64,000 nt of DNA from Azolla caroliniana (taxonomy: Eukaryota; Plantae; Polypodiophyta): positions 4,278,001-4,342,000 of the forward strand of contig JBHGNT010000001.1 of assembly GCA_043228905.1 (NCBI GenBank), read 5' to 3'. Position numbers and translations under genes: made by a program. This document shows, piece by piece, positions 50,375 through 63,622 of the stretch (its first letter is position 1; each line of letters opens with the position of its first letter). Below the pieces are notes generated by a model. That model was not told the DNA's origin and ran no database searches. It saw nothing but the letters and a program-made list of their open reading frames with translations.

Positions 50375-53282
50375 TCAATTGAATAATATACGAGATATTG
50401 TTTTCCACCCACTATCAGTAGGATGCGAACCGTCCCAAAACAAGGCCCTTTGAGGCAAGGGACACACGGTGTACAGAGGTGCCCCGTTGCTATTGACACT
50501 TCCACATAAGCCCCCATTAATACCTTGGCAACATGGTCTAAGTGGATATGTATCTATCACACACACACACAATTAGTACATAAATAAATCCATAAGTAAA
50601 CAAATCGAGGAACTTGTGGTACCCTTTCATACCTCTCACAAAATTAAATTGAATTAAATTGAGGGACTTAGGTTACCTTTGGCAACATTAAATGCTGAAT
50701 AGAAATCTATTGCTTTGAACTTGGCAAGAGTATATTTCTCTCGTAGAGTTGTTAACTTGGCATCAAGTTGTTGATTGTGGGGAACACTGATCGCATTGTT
50801 TAATGTGTCATTGCACTCCGTATAATTATTTGACGATGTAACAGATGGAAGACAGCCTGTTGGTTCTAGATTTGACACAACTATGGATCTGAATCCCAAT
50901 TCATACAATGCCTCTAGATTTGCACCAATTCCATTGATTAACTTTGGAATAAATGTGCTTACCTGTGAAAATGTTAAGAATAAACCAATATAAAGTTGTG
51001 TAATATAAACTCTCTTTGTTACATTTATTATTATTATCTCTCTAAGGTTTTGGGAGGATCTTTAAGCAACACATATAAGCAAGTAAATTGAACGAAACAA
51101 TCAATAATGATTTTTGGTATTATGAAGAAGTAAATCGATGTTGCAAGGTTTCTTTTGGAAGATAGGCGTGGAATCCGAAATGATGGATAACATGAGCCTT
51201 GTTTATAACAATTGTGGCCAAATTGTACACTTGTCGTGTTATATGTGTTGTTCCTCCATATTTTCTAAGAAGAGTTTTATTAGATATAATGGATTTTTGT
51301 TGGAGTCCCACACATGCATTAGCCTTGGCAAAGGCACATCCACAAAGGCAATTTCACAAACACACACGAGGTCTCAAAAAAGAAGGAAGCGTAAAGAAAA
51401 ATGGCTTAAAAGGATAGCTAGATACATCCATGGGAAGCCGAAACAATCTATATAATGGGGCAATATGGTGAGATGTAGTCTTGATGCAAGACATAAATGA
51501 GTAATTTTATTTTCTTTCAAGTCAACCATACCACAATAATTTGAAAGCACATTGTTAAGTGTAATATCTCCTTCTCTATAATACCCATTCAATCCAACAT
51601 CTTCTATCAATAAAGATTTAAAAATAATTGTATAATATGAACACATCTACTCACTTGATTGGTTGGATTTGTAGCGAGAAATATTGTATAGTCATTGCCA
51701 GCAATCACAAGGACACATATGGATGATGCTATGAGCTTCTTTGACACCACTCCATTGTTAACTAGATAGCGTAGCTCTTGGATTTGTGCGGTAACATTAG
51801 GATATGTGGGATATAATGAGGACAAAACCCCACTTCCTCCATACGCAAAATTGATGCCCATTGTATTGTTGTTTTTCGATGAGTTTAGAAGGCTATATGG
51901 AACAGGGGGTTTCACTTTAAGATGGGAAGCTGCATTACACCAATAGACAATTAAAAAATATAGTTAAATTGTTATTTTCCCTTAATTATAAAATGACTTA
52001 TTTATTACCTTTGAAGACATATTTTTTCCATCTCTTTTCAATTTCTAACCTTTACATATATGTCCATATTTCTCTTGATCTTTTTCTGAAATTTGAGCAT
52101 GTCTTGAATTCATTGTTGCACCTCAATATTGAAATGTCTCAAGTCTTTTCAAAGATATCTAGCAATTGAAACCTACACTATTTATTTGTCCTAGCATACG
52201 ATATCGATCTCTACTACTAAAACCATTTGATACCTTTGTTCTCTGGTAACTCTATACAAGATGTGTAATCTTCACACTTGAAATTGTTAAGACTCTTTTT
52301 GTTTATTGACTTGGGGCAAAACTCAATGAGGAGAATATTTTAACCTCTGAACATTAGACCTTCGAAGCTCTAACTACAACCTAGAGCAAAACCCTTGACA
52401 GGGGAATGCATGATCTCTCCCAAAATTGGTTGTGCCCACGTCTAATATTTCACAATCTAATAAGGATGATTCCCACATCAATCATCATGAGAAGATTTTT
52501 ACAATTCATGCTTTATAAGCTCTATGGCAGCACACCATAAATTTTAGGCATTAGATATACATATAAAGTTTGAGGTTGTGATAATAAGATTTAGGCATTT
52601 GGATATGATGACCATCCATTTTTTAATCCCACATATGTTTTCTACGAAGTTTATATATGTTGTTGATGGTTTAATAGTTTCGGTTTCTTGTCTTCACCAA
52701 CCAAAGACAAGAAACTTAAAGAAAAACTCATGTAGACAAGTGTTGCTTACTAATGATTGCAAATGAGAATCGCTAAGGCAATTCGACATTATAACACCTT
52801 TTCATGCATGCATATGGAAAGATTCAATAAGTAAATACAAAGTCTAAAAACGATCAATTTGAAGAGATTTTTGAAGGTACTACCATAAAAATCCGTGAAA
52901 ACCCTTCCATTAGAGAATCTCCCAAACGGAATGCCTGGCCAAGTTTGACCATAAGGTATTCGCCAAGGTGCATTATTTGCCTCCCCTACAAGGTTAAGTG
53001 TCGAATCAAACTTATCGCGATTTCCTGTGTCTGCATATGAGTCCCCGAATGCAAACAACGCGTTGTATGTATTGGCATCAGTTTGACCCTCTGTATATAG
53101 ACAAGGTTAAGTATTAGTCGAACATCCATGCCTCACATATATCCACCAAAGAAGTTGTGTGTGCACGTATGTGCAAACCACATACACGACATGCACACAC
53201 AAAGAATACCAAGGAGCTTACCTAGTAGTGAAACTATTAGAATGAAAGAACCAAGAAAACACATTATTGCGTCCATGTTCAT
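50375..53282 (-). CDS. GDSL/SGNH esterase-lipase (GDSL-2), signal peptide, 5 exons, ~335 aa
   Basis: Exons 53222-53282, 52884-53090, 51655-51929, 50677-50962, 50375-50553 (1008 nt). LFAFGDSYADTGN, PYGQTWPGIPFGRFSNG, NFAYGG, IAGNDY, LEPTGCLP, LFWDGSHPT. Intron positions and phases match GDSL-1. Confidence 0.93.
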
Positions 53283-54174
53283 GGAGTCTTCCTTTCAAGC
53301 TTGAGATTTGAGAACCAATAATGTTATCTTGTAGTATGATTCCAAGTGCATCATATATAAGAAAACGAGCCCCTCATGTCAAAGACATATCTTTGATTTT
53401 TTGAATATGTGGCTAGCATTAAGTTGTCCATGAATGTGCATGTTTAAACATTTCAATTAATTTAGGTTGGTTAGATTATATTATATTGGTAGGTGACTCA
53501 TTACTCATCCAATCAAATTGATTAAGAAAGACAATATATACTATGATTGAAAACCCACTCATTGTGTTGAATAACATTAACAATATAATTATTATATTTA
53601 GTGCTCAAAACCATTTGTCTTGTGTTTTTATTGTATTGACATTTGTTTATAGATACCCAAATGGATATACCTCATCTCACCTCCTTATAAATCAATATTG
53701 GGCTCTCTGTGTCTTTATTGTATAGAAATTTGTTTAGAGATCCCCCAATGGATATACCCCATCTCACTTCCCTATAAGTCAATATTAGATATGCTTTTTA
53801 AAACTAATGGAAGGATATCTTGTTTGGAAAAAAATAAAATAAAAAATATTAGCCTCTTTATGGATGCTACATGTCTATCTAATCTAATCTAATATCTTTC
53901 TCACACAAGTAATTAATTTAATTGTATGTAAGAACCATCATTATAGTATCGTTGCCCTCCCTACACAAGGAGAGGGACATTCCCTAGTACCATAAAAAAT
54001 GTTTAGTACGCACAAGATGAAAAAGTCTTTACACGTTTTATGCATCCATAGTTGCCACATAAGTATACCTTTCAACTTTGCAATGTACACTTTTATTTCA
54101 TGTCTACATCAAATGTGAAAGAATTGCGCATATTCCAATTCTATTGCAACCAAATACCTTAATGATTAGACCAT

Positions 54175-54695
54175 GTGATTTCTATCTCACCCTTTTGTCC
54201 ATTTTGCACATATTGGCTAAAGAGCCATAAGCAACATTAGATAAGAAGACAAAACTTGAGGTATTTTTTTATAAATATTTCCAAATAGCTTGTGGAATAA
54301 GGTGTTGAATGAACAAATTGTTTATCGTCTTCCAATTGAACAATACAAAAGAAACATTTTCCTTATTTCAACCCTCTCCCCTTGAGGATTGACCTAAAGG
54401 AAGGTTTCAATTATCACACTCCAACCTTAGAAATTGGAATACATGATTTCCATCTCATCCTTCTGTCCATTTTGTACATATTGGCTTTAAAAGATCAATA
54501 GGCAATATTAGGTAAGAAGACAATAATTGAGATATTTTCTATAAATATTTCCAAATAGCTTGTGGAACACGGCGTTGAACGAATCAATTGTATATTGTCT
54601 TCCAATTGAACAATACAAAAGAAACATGTGCCTAACTTCATCCCTCTCCTCTTGAGGGTTGAACCTAACGGAAGGTTCCAATTATCACACTCCAA
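54175..54695 (-). mobile_element. Tandemly duplicated (~270 bp) LINE zf-RVT remnant
   Basis: Two diverged copies of ...aaatatttccaaatagcttgtggaa...tcttccaattgaacaatacaaaagaaacat...; reads WNLPLG..GTCFFCIVQLED. Confidence 0.6.
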
Positions 54696-55634
54696 ATGAA
54701 CATGTTGGATCCAAATAGCAATTGAGAATGCAAACTATGTTGCAAAATTTTCAAATATAGCCTTGCATCAAACTTGTTCACGTTTTGGTTTTTTTGTGCT
54801 TTGGATGAGAGCCATGAAAGTGACACTATGTAGTGAAACCATAATTTGGTGGAATCAAACTTGAACAATGTTTGAGATTGTGTATCGCCTACTTCCGCCC
54901 ACTTTAACAAACCCTAACAAAAAACAAATGATTGAACTAAGGTCTCAAATTTTTTTTCTTTCTTTGTTAAATGTAACAATGGAGAAGAAACAAGCAATTC
55001 CTTTAATAATGATTTACTTTCCTCTCAATTATGTGATCAAACCCATTCAAGACACGACACAACTTCTTGTTAGTTTTTTTCCATGCACCAATTCTTCTTT
55101 CTCAATCAAATATTGTGTACTATATATATCCAATGATGGTTCAGGCCTTGTCGCATATATCTTGAAGTAATGGAAAACAACGAGCCATCAAATGCATATC
55201 CAAATTCAGTGTTGGCATGAAATCCTATGAAATCCATGTGATTCCCATTTTTTATGACAACATAAATTGAGGACATCACTACATCTCTTGTGAGCCCTTG
55301 TCATTCTATCCAAGGTAGCAATGGTAAGATGTATACAAAAGATGTAACCTCACAATATCATCACCAAGTGCTAAGATTTGAAACATAACCTAAAAGGATC
55401 TATATCACAGATCAAAGAGCGGAATTTGTGGCATGAACCCCCCATTAAAAGCATTAAATGTGATACTATATTTTGCCCTAGGTAGAAATATAATCACTAC
55501 CTGGACCTTTGTATGTAGACATAATCCGTTGCTAAAAGCAACCCTTGTGAAAAAACAACCAAAATTTGCTCCATATACATATATGGCATCAAAATAGAGA
55601 TTTGTTCCATATATATATATATATATATATATAT

Positions 55635-58600
55635 TGTGAAATGCTCAAGATGTGAAATGCTCCCAAGAATAGCCTCCATTCCATTATGTTCTAAGTTACA
55701 TTTTATAGACTACTCTTAGCATGGAGGGTGTTCTCCCGCTCTAATTAGCTCTTCTAATTATGGGGCTTGGTAGGGGCCTAATTTGGGTGTGGTCCATGTG
55801 GCGGTAGGGGCCTAATTTAGGTGGCCTAATTTGGGTGTGGTCCATGTGTCCGCCACAGTTCCCCCTTGTAAAAAAAAGTTATTGTGCGGTCAGATCGTGA
55901 CAGGGCATGGACGGCGGTTCTAGGTGGGGGGATGACATGGGCGTGGGCGTGGGTGTGGGCGTGGGCATGCACGTGGGCGGGGGCAATGGTAGTTGATGGA
56001 AGGGCTTCATGCGAGACTGGTGGGCAAAGGTAGAGCGGTTGTTGGAGGCGTGACAGAGTAGATATGTAGTGTTGCGTATTTGCTTTTGAACTTCGAAGGG
56101 ACCGATCCATCGGTGCATGAGCGACTCGCTGAGGCCACGATGACGGATGGGGAAATAGATGAGGACTTTGTTGCCGACGTGGTATTGATGGTCGGCGCGG
56201 CCTACATCGTGTTGTCGTTTTTGGCGTAGCTGTGCTTGGTGCAGGTTGCTCGTGATGGCTTTGCGGAGGGGCTGGAGTTCTTGCAGGTGGGACCACCAGG
56301 ACACTGCATTAGAGTGGAGTCGTGTGATTGGTTGCGAGACTGCCACTTCTGGGGGTAAGCGCGGGTCCCTTCCGTAAAGGGCCCAAAATGGGCTAATGCG
56401 AGTGGAGGCTTGCACAGTTGTGTTGTAGGCATGTGTAACGAAGGGCAAGATCTGGTCCCAGGTCGAGTGCAACGGATTGATGTAGGCCGAGATTTGTTTT
56501 TTTAAGGTTCGATTGAGGCGCTCCGTCAATCCATTCGTCTGCGGATGGTAGGGTGACGTGCATAATTGTTGGATTCCTAATTGTGTAGAAACTAGGCGTA
56601 GGAGCTCACTGTTGAACTGGGGTCCTTGATCGAACAAGATTTGGAGTGGGCAACCATGGGGGAAGATGATTTTCTCCAATAGTTTGAAGGCGATGGTCAT
56701 AGCCTTGGCATCTGGGATAGCGGTTGTCTCAGCCCAACGCGTCAAGTACTCGGTTATGACGAGGATGAATTTGTTCCCTTCTTGTGACTCGGGAAAGGGG
56801 CCCATAATGTCCCATCTGACAATTTCAAATGGAGCTTGAACTTGTATCAGATGTAAGAGGCCTTGAGCCACTTGAGGTGATTTGATGGCCTGACATAAGT
56901 TGCATGCTTTGATGTAGGAGGCGATCTCGTGGCGTAGCCCCGACCAATAGAATTTGCAACGGATTTTGTCTAGCACCTTATGAAAACCCAAGTGGTTGGA
57001 CAACGGGTGATCGTGGAAGAAACGAAGGTAAGACAGGTGCAGTTGCTCAGGCATGTAGACCCGGGGTTCCTTGGCTACTTGGCAAAAAAGGAGGACATTA
57101 TCTTGGATCATGAATTGCTTGGTGAGGGATGATGTGGGCTCGGCTCGTAGGCGGTGGCAGATGTCTTGGATTTTTTTGTCGTGTTGTTGCATGTTGGCTA
57201 TTTGGGATGAGGATATGGGGAAATCGATTGTGTCAGAGGCGATCTGGGTTGCCTGAAAGGATATGCGGGATAATCCATCAACGACAATGTTCTGGGGACC
57301 ACGGCGATAGCGCAACGTGAATGTGTAATCCTGTAGCGCCAAAGCCCAACAAAGTAAGCGCTTGGGTGGATGAGCCTTCTTTATGAGGGAGAGCAATGGC
57401 TGATGGTCGGTTTCGACTGATGTATTTGACCCGTGTAGGTATGGGTGGAAACGATGGAATGCCCAGACGATGGCGAGCAACTCTTTTTCGGTTTTTGAGT
57501 AATTTTGTTCGGCTTTGGTAAGTGACTGACTTATGTAGGCAATTGGGCGTAGTTGGTCGTTGTCGTCGGATTGGAGCAGGACCGCACCTAGGCCAACATT
57601 GGAGGCATCCGTTTGTAGATGGAAAGGCTTCGTGAAATCAGGGTGGGCGAGGAGGTCAGAGGCTTGGAGTGTTCACTTGAGCTGCAGGAAGCTGGATTCG
57701 CAGGCTTCGGTCCATATGAAGGGTGTGTCTTTTTGCAGGAGCGCGCGTAGTGGGGTTGACAGGTTGGCTAGACGTGGGATGAAGCGGAGAGAGAACGTGA
57801 GGAGGCCGAGGAAGCGTTGAAGCTGCTTGACGGTGGTGGGGCGGGGGAATTTTTGGACTGCTTCCGTCTTCTCTGGGTCCATTTGTACTCCGTCAGAGGA
57901 GATGACGTACTCAAGGTAGCGGAGGCGTGTACTACCCCATCGACACTTCTTCCATTGCAACTGCAATCGATAGTGTTGAACAAAGTGAGGACCTCCCAAA
58001 GGACTTGAAGGTGTTCCACCCAAGTGCTTGTATGTATCAGAATATCGTCTAGATAGACAATGACGACGCGGCGGGTGATGAGATCATCGAAGATGGCGTT
58101 AGCCATTCGCTGGAATGTGCTCCCAACATCGGATAGGCCAAAGGGCATCCGTGTGAACTGAAAAATGCCTTTCCTAGTGCAGAATGCAGTTTTGTGGGAA
58201 TCTTTAGGATTCATAGGGATCTGCCAATATCCCGAGGCCAGATCGAGGGAGGTGAAGTACTTTGATTTGTCGAGCTGGTCAAGGAAGTCGTCGATACGAG
58301 GGAGAGGATATCGATCATGGGTGGTGACATGGTTTAGTTGTCGGAAGTCGACACAAAAACGGTAAGAGTCATCCCCTTTCTTTACCATGTGTGGCTCCGA
58401 GATCCACTCGCTCTTGGAAAGTGTGATAATCCCTTGTTGTAGCATAGTTTTGACGGTGTTGTCGATGCACTCGTGGTCGAGAGGCGAGCAACGTCGAGGA
58501 GCTGGGTGGATGGGGCGGGCGTTGCTTGTAGGAATCGTGTGGTGGATCGGAAAATGGACCGAGGGAGGTTTTGCAGGTGGTGTAGACAAGGAGGGAAAGG

Positions 58601-59294
58601 TGGCTAGGAGCCGTCAGATGTTGTGGATGCGCTCTGTCGGTGATACTAGGTACTGTGTGTTGCTGATGTGGGTGGTATCTCGTGGAGTAGTGAAGAGCGC
58701 GATCGAAAGGTGATTGGGGAGGATGAGATGTTGTGAGGAGAAATCAAGACAGAATCGACTATGGAGGAACCAATCATAGCCGAGGGTGATTGAGAATAAT
58801 TGGTGCGGGAGGACGTAGAAACGATGTTGGATCTAGGCGGAACTGATGGTGAGCATGCACATGACTTGCGTATGTGAGTGGTACACCCGTTGTTGGTCGC
58901 CAAAGAGGATTTTAATGGGCGGTGCGTGGCTCGTGGGAAGTTGTAATTGGGTGACTAAATCTGCGCTGATGGAAGAGATGCTGCTGTCGGAGTCGAGGAG
59001 AACTTCTTGGGTCGTGTGTTGAAGGAATTCTGGATTGATTGAGTTTGCGTTGCCGCCGTTGTTGTCGTGTTGCATCGTGGCGTGTATTGTTGGGGTCGTG
59101 AGTTGGGGTTGCTTTGCCCGTCTTCTCCACCAAGATGTGAAATGCTCCCAAGAATAGCCTCCATTCCATGATGTTCTAAGTTACATTTTATAGACTACTC
59201 TTAGCGTGGAGGGTGTTCTCCCGCTCCAATTAGCTCTTCTAATTATGGGGCTTGGTAGGGGCCTAATTTGGGTGTGGTCCATGTGACCGCCACA
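55635..59294 (-). mobile_element. Non-chromovirus Ty3/gypsy element with 159-bp LTRs, pol only (no gag), inserted at a (TA)n tract
   Basis: 5' LTR 59136-59294, 3' LTR 55635/55651-55857 (TGTGGCGG...TTTCACA); PBS TGGTGGAGAAGACGGGCA; PPT ACAAGGGGGAAC. PR LLDSDSS, RT YLDDIL, RNase H QTDAS, IN with HHCC, WDIMGP, YHPQTNG and GPF. Flanks atat/atac. Confidence 0.92.
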
Positions 59295-59979
59295 ATACTT
59301 ATGTATGTATAGGCATACATATACATACATATAATCATTGGTCCCATTGGGAAGGAATGTGCTGATCTGTGGCCCAAAAAACTAACTTCTGCTAATGCAA
59401 TTCTGTAGTTAGACTCTGGAATGTAGACATAGGTGCACCACTACTAGTTCTTTATGGCTTGTTTAATTAGAACTATCTTGAATTTAATCTTATCTTTGCA
59501 TTTCAAAGTCGCCGCTTATCTAATGATCAATTTAGAGTTTTATCAGTACAATGAGTCTTTACTTATTTAATAAATTTACGTATTCAATTGTAAGAATGAT
59601 TTCATTGCATTATTTTCTCTTTAAAGACTTTCAAGTATGGACTTGTTTTGTTTCATTGATCGTGCTTTGAGAAAAAAAAAAGCAAGACATTGAGGGATTA
59701 GAGAATGAGGGAATGGGGGGAAAATTACTTGGATCGGATTTACCTAGAGTGAAAATTTACTTTAGTGCAATAATGCGGATTCAAGTTGCTATGCGTTGTG
59801 GGAGGGAGGTTTTCTTTGGTATTCATCATTGTGTTTGCTGATGATCTACGTATATCCAGTGTATATTTTTGTATCTTGGAAAGTATATATACTCTGCAAC
59901 TAAATCTATTTATCTATCTTTTTTAATTGTATGAGCCCTTGCAATGCCTATGACCGTGAATTAGAAAGTTGGAAAGGAG

Positions 59980-62900
59980 TGTAAGAAATCAAGCAATAAC
60001 ACAAGAGATAGGAAGAAGATACCAGGGAGAGAGAGAGAGATCAAGAAGTTAATAATTGTATTTCTCACACCACATGAATAGTGGTTACAATGTGTATATA
60101 AGAGAGAGAGGGTAGTTACAAAACGTTTATATAAAAGAGGGGTATTTTAAGAATTATTATTTTTTACTTTATTTATCATAATATGTTTTATTTGTACTCC
60201 TAATATTATACTTTATTTTATAATCTAACACCCCCCATAAAATAAAGAGTTTATTTTTCTTTATTGATCTTACTAATGCTAAGACCAAATTTATTACAAC
60301 AATTCCAATGTTTTTGTTGTGGTATTGGCTTCGTAAAAAAATCCGCCCACATTGTTGTAGTAGATGTGTAATGTAAAGAAATTTCTTTTGCTTCTACCAA
60401 TTCTCGAATAAAATGATGTGCTCTTATATGTTTGTTTTGATCCGTGATCTTTGGATTAATAGCTAGCTTAATGCATGATTGATTGTCGCAAAAAACTTTG
60501 ACTTCATTAAGGTTTATGATGTCGAGCTCTTCAATGATCGTCTTTATCCACAATCCTTCTTTCACTGTTAATGCCACTGCAACATATTCCGCTTCAGTGC
60601 TAGAAAGAGCCACATATACTAAGTTGACGTTTGGTTCTCCATGCAATTGCTCCATTAGGGAATGTGAAAACCATACCGGATGTTGAGCGGGAGGTATCAA
60701 GATCTCCCCTCCAATCAGAATCAGTCCAACCAACTAATGGTGTTTGGAGCCAACCACTAAGTTGGGACGAATTCCTAGATTGGAAAGACTTATATGTTAG
60801 ACCTATGTCTTTAGCGTATTGTAGATAATGAAGAACTCACTTTAAAGCATTCCAATGAGCTACTCCAGGATTTTGCATAAATCTAGAAAGAAAACCAGCT
60901 CAATAAGACAAATCCGGACGTGTATAACTCATAAGGTACCTTATACTTCCAAGGATTTGTCGATAAGTGTTGAGAATCAAGCTCAACTTCGTCTAGTGTG
61001 TGAACTCACCTTGAGAGTGAATAGACACCCCAATGGTCAAGAGTCACCACTTTGTATTCTAGCATTTAGTATGAGTCATAGAATCATATTCTATGACACA
61101 TAACTTATGAGCTTTCACATTCCCCATGCTCTATGAGTCTTGTAGTTAATGAAGAGAGAGGGTAACTGTATAAAGCACCCTCCTCCCACCTTGTATAATG
61201 TTGAGTCTTTCTCCTTTGTTAATATAATCTACCTTTTGTATACTTTGTGTCTTACTCTTTGTCTCTCTCACTCTCTCTCTCTCTCCCTCATACACACACA
61301 TACTTCACACCTATTCCACTACACAAGAATCATACCTGATTCTTTACAATAAGGAAGTGATTTCATGAGTTTCTCTTCTTCCACGGTCTTTGGACTATCA
61401 TTGGGTGATAGTTTGCACGTTACGGTCATTGGTGTTGCAATATGTTTGCTATCAGACATCTCGAACTTGTGAATAATTTCTTCGACCAACTTCCATTGCC
61501 ACATGGTAAGCGTGTCTTTTGTCCTATTCCTTGTTACCTTGATACCAAGGCAATACGCTACTGGTCCAAGGTCTTTGACGGGAAACTTCTCCTTGAATTG
61601 ATTTACAACCTTTCGCATTGAAGTAGTAGAGTTACAGGCTATTGGCAAATCATCAACATACACACCAATGATTACATAGTCACTTCCTTCCTTACAAACG
61701 TAAAGATTTTGCTCGGCTTGAAGACGCCGAAAATTAATAGTCATAAGAAATGTATGGAGCTTGTGGTGCCACATTCGCGGAGATTGTTTCAAACCATACA
61801 ACGACTTATGAAGCTTACAAACATACTTTTGGGAATTTTGAATCTTCAAAAAACGGCAGTTGTTGCATGATTATATTTCTTCATTTAAGTCACCATGTAA
61901 AAATGCGGTTTGGATATCCAAGTGGTGAAGTTCGAGATTAAAACTGGTCGAAAAAGCAAACATATACATATTGATAGTAGTTAGGTACTTTTGGTGTGAA
62001 AGCCATATGTGGGTGAGTTAAAGTTAGTAGAGAACTATTAGGTATGAATTGAATAGGTGTGAAGGAGTTAAAAAGAATGTCGTTGACGCTTAACTGAATT
62101 GGAGAAGCGGGAAGAGTTGGCGCGCTCCAAAACCGTGTGTGTTGAGCTGAGCTATAAAAGGACTACTTGCTCCACCTCTCCACTCTCTGCTCCGTCTCTC
62201 TGCGATGGCGTTTCCTTCTGCCCCCAGGGCTATGTCGCCACTGCCATTCTTGCTGCAAATCGAGCTTTTTCGGCCGTGTTGATGGTGGCCGTGTTGCAAG
62301 TCGTTGTGGTCATGGCCGAGCCTATTTTGGTGGTGGTGTTGGTCATGGCCGAGCTGATTTTCATGATCGAGAGGATGTTGATCATGTGGAGGATCATTCT
62401 GATTTTTTGGAGAATGATCACGCTAAATTTGTGGAGGATGATCATGCCGATCCTGTGGGGTTTCTGGGAATGGTGACGCTGCGGCTGCTCTTGATCATCT
62501 TCATGCGGCTTCATTATAGATGGTGATGCGGGGGAGCAATGAATGAATTCGACTTCTTCATTCTCTTAGGTACCTTTTCTAAATCTTTCACCGATATATC
62601 TTTATAACTTTTGCGATTTTGATGATCTTTCCTTTCATGATCTTCGGTTTGCACGTTGTGTATGTCTTCATTTCCTATTTGGTTGTGTAAATAATCCTTG
62701 CACTGTCATCTCAATCCTTTCTCATTAGGGTAGGTCGGATTATTGTATAAGTAATGAGTTACTCGTACATCCTCATCTTCTGTTAGAACATCAGCATGTT
62801 TTCGATTTTGAAACTGCTTCAAAAAACTCCTTGTGACCAGACCACCGTATTTTTCTATTTGGGAAACATTTGGAGTAATTAGATCATTTATCTTTAAATT

Positions 62901-63606
62901 TTGTTTAACGTCACGTACCTCATGTTGTTTTTGTTGCCCAAATACACTAATCTCATCAAATATGACTGATTGGCTAATGAAAAAACCTGCATGTATGTGG
63001 ATAAAATACTTTGTATACTTTAACTCTAGAAGATTCACCATATCCAGTAAAAATACATTTTCTTGTGTGAGGATTTAATTCCTTCCTTTTGTCTATAGGT
63101 ACATGAGTGTAAGCGATCGAACCAAACACTCGTATATGACCAAGGTTAGCTTTATGCTTAAACCAAAGTGAATATGGTGTTTCAAGACCGAGTATCTTAT
63201 GTGGTGATCGGTTTTGCAGGTAACATGCAATGGCAACATCTTGTCAGAATCGAAGAGACAATCCGACATCTAGGAGGGTTCGATTCTTGCACTCAGCTAT
63301 ACCATTATGATGTGGGTTATATGGTACAGTATGCTAATGACTTATTCCGTTTTATTCACAAAAGCTCTTCTATTCATCACTAAAATACTCCCCTCCATTG
63401 TTAGTACAGACAGTTAAGATCTTACGTTAACATTTATCTTCTACATATGCTTTGTAATTTGACAAATGTAGTGTATGCTCGTGATTTCTTCTTAAGAAAG
63501 TATAATATAGCGAATCTTATGAAAATTATCTATAAACGAAATAAAATACTTGTAACCATTTATTGATAAATATTGCATCGGTCCACATTGCTTGTTGTAG
63601 ATGCAT
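59980..63606 (-). mobile_element. Decayed Ty1/copia element (3' LTR, RNase H, RT, linker, integrase), 5' part lost at an inversion
   Basis: 3' LTR 59980-60230 (TGTTAGA...TCTTACA) preceded by PPT ATGGGGGG; ALSSTEAEY, CDNQS; KSLYGLKQ, YVDDL, DIQTAFLHG; VIFDE; RVFGSIAY; integrase YFISFID, NGGEY, HNGIAECKNRTL. Confidence 0.9.
60968..61348. mobile_element. Solo LTR (381 bp) inserted in the copia RT
   Basis: TGTTGAGAATCA...TGATTCTTTACA termini; 5-bp TSD ataag at 60963-60967 and 61349-61353; the host RT reads PY|RQILGSIRYL across it. Confidence 0.9.
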
Positions 63607-63622
63607 CCCTCGCATAATGATA

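Noticed and set aside
20-53282. Biosynthetic gene cluster (P450 plus two GDSLs)
   Set aside because: CYP97B is a conserved housekeeping-type plastid P450, there is no scaffold-forming enzyme, the predicted compartments differ, and there are no co-expression data
55826-56432. Extra Pro/His-rich ORFs near the gypsy 3' end (env-like?)
   Set aside because: Alternative frames overlapping integrase; no signal peptide or transmembrane segment
62090-62526. Overlapping His-rich, Met-rich and hydrophobic ORFs
   Set aside because: Alternative frames of the low-complexity copia integrase-RT linker plus the small insert; no domain signature
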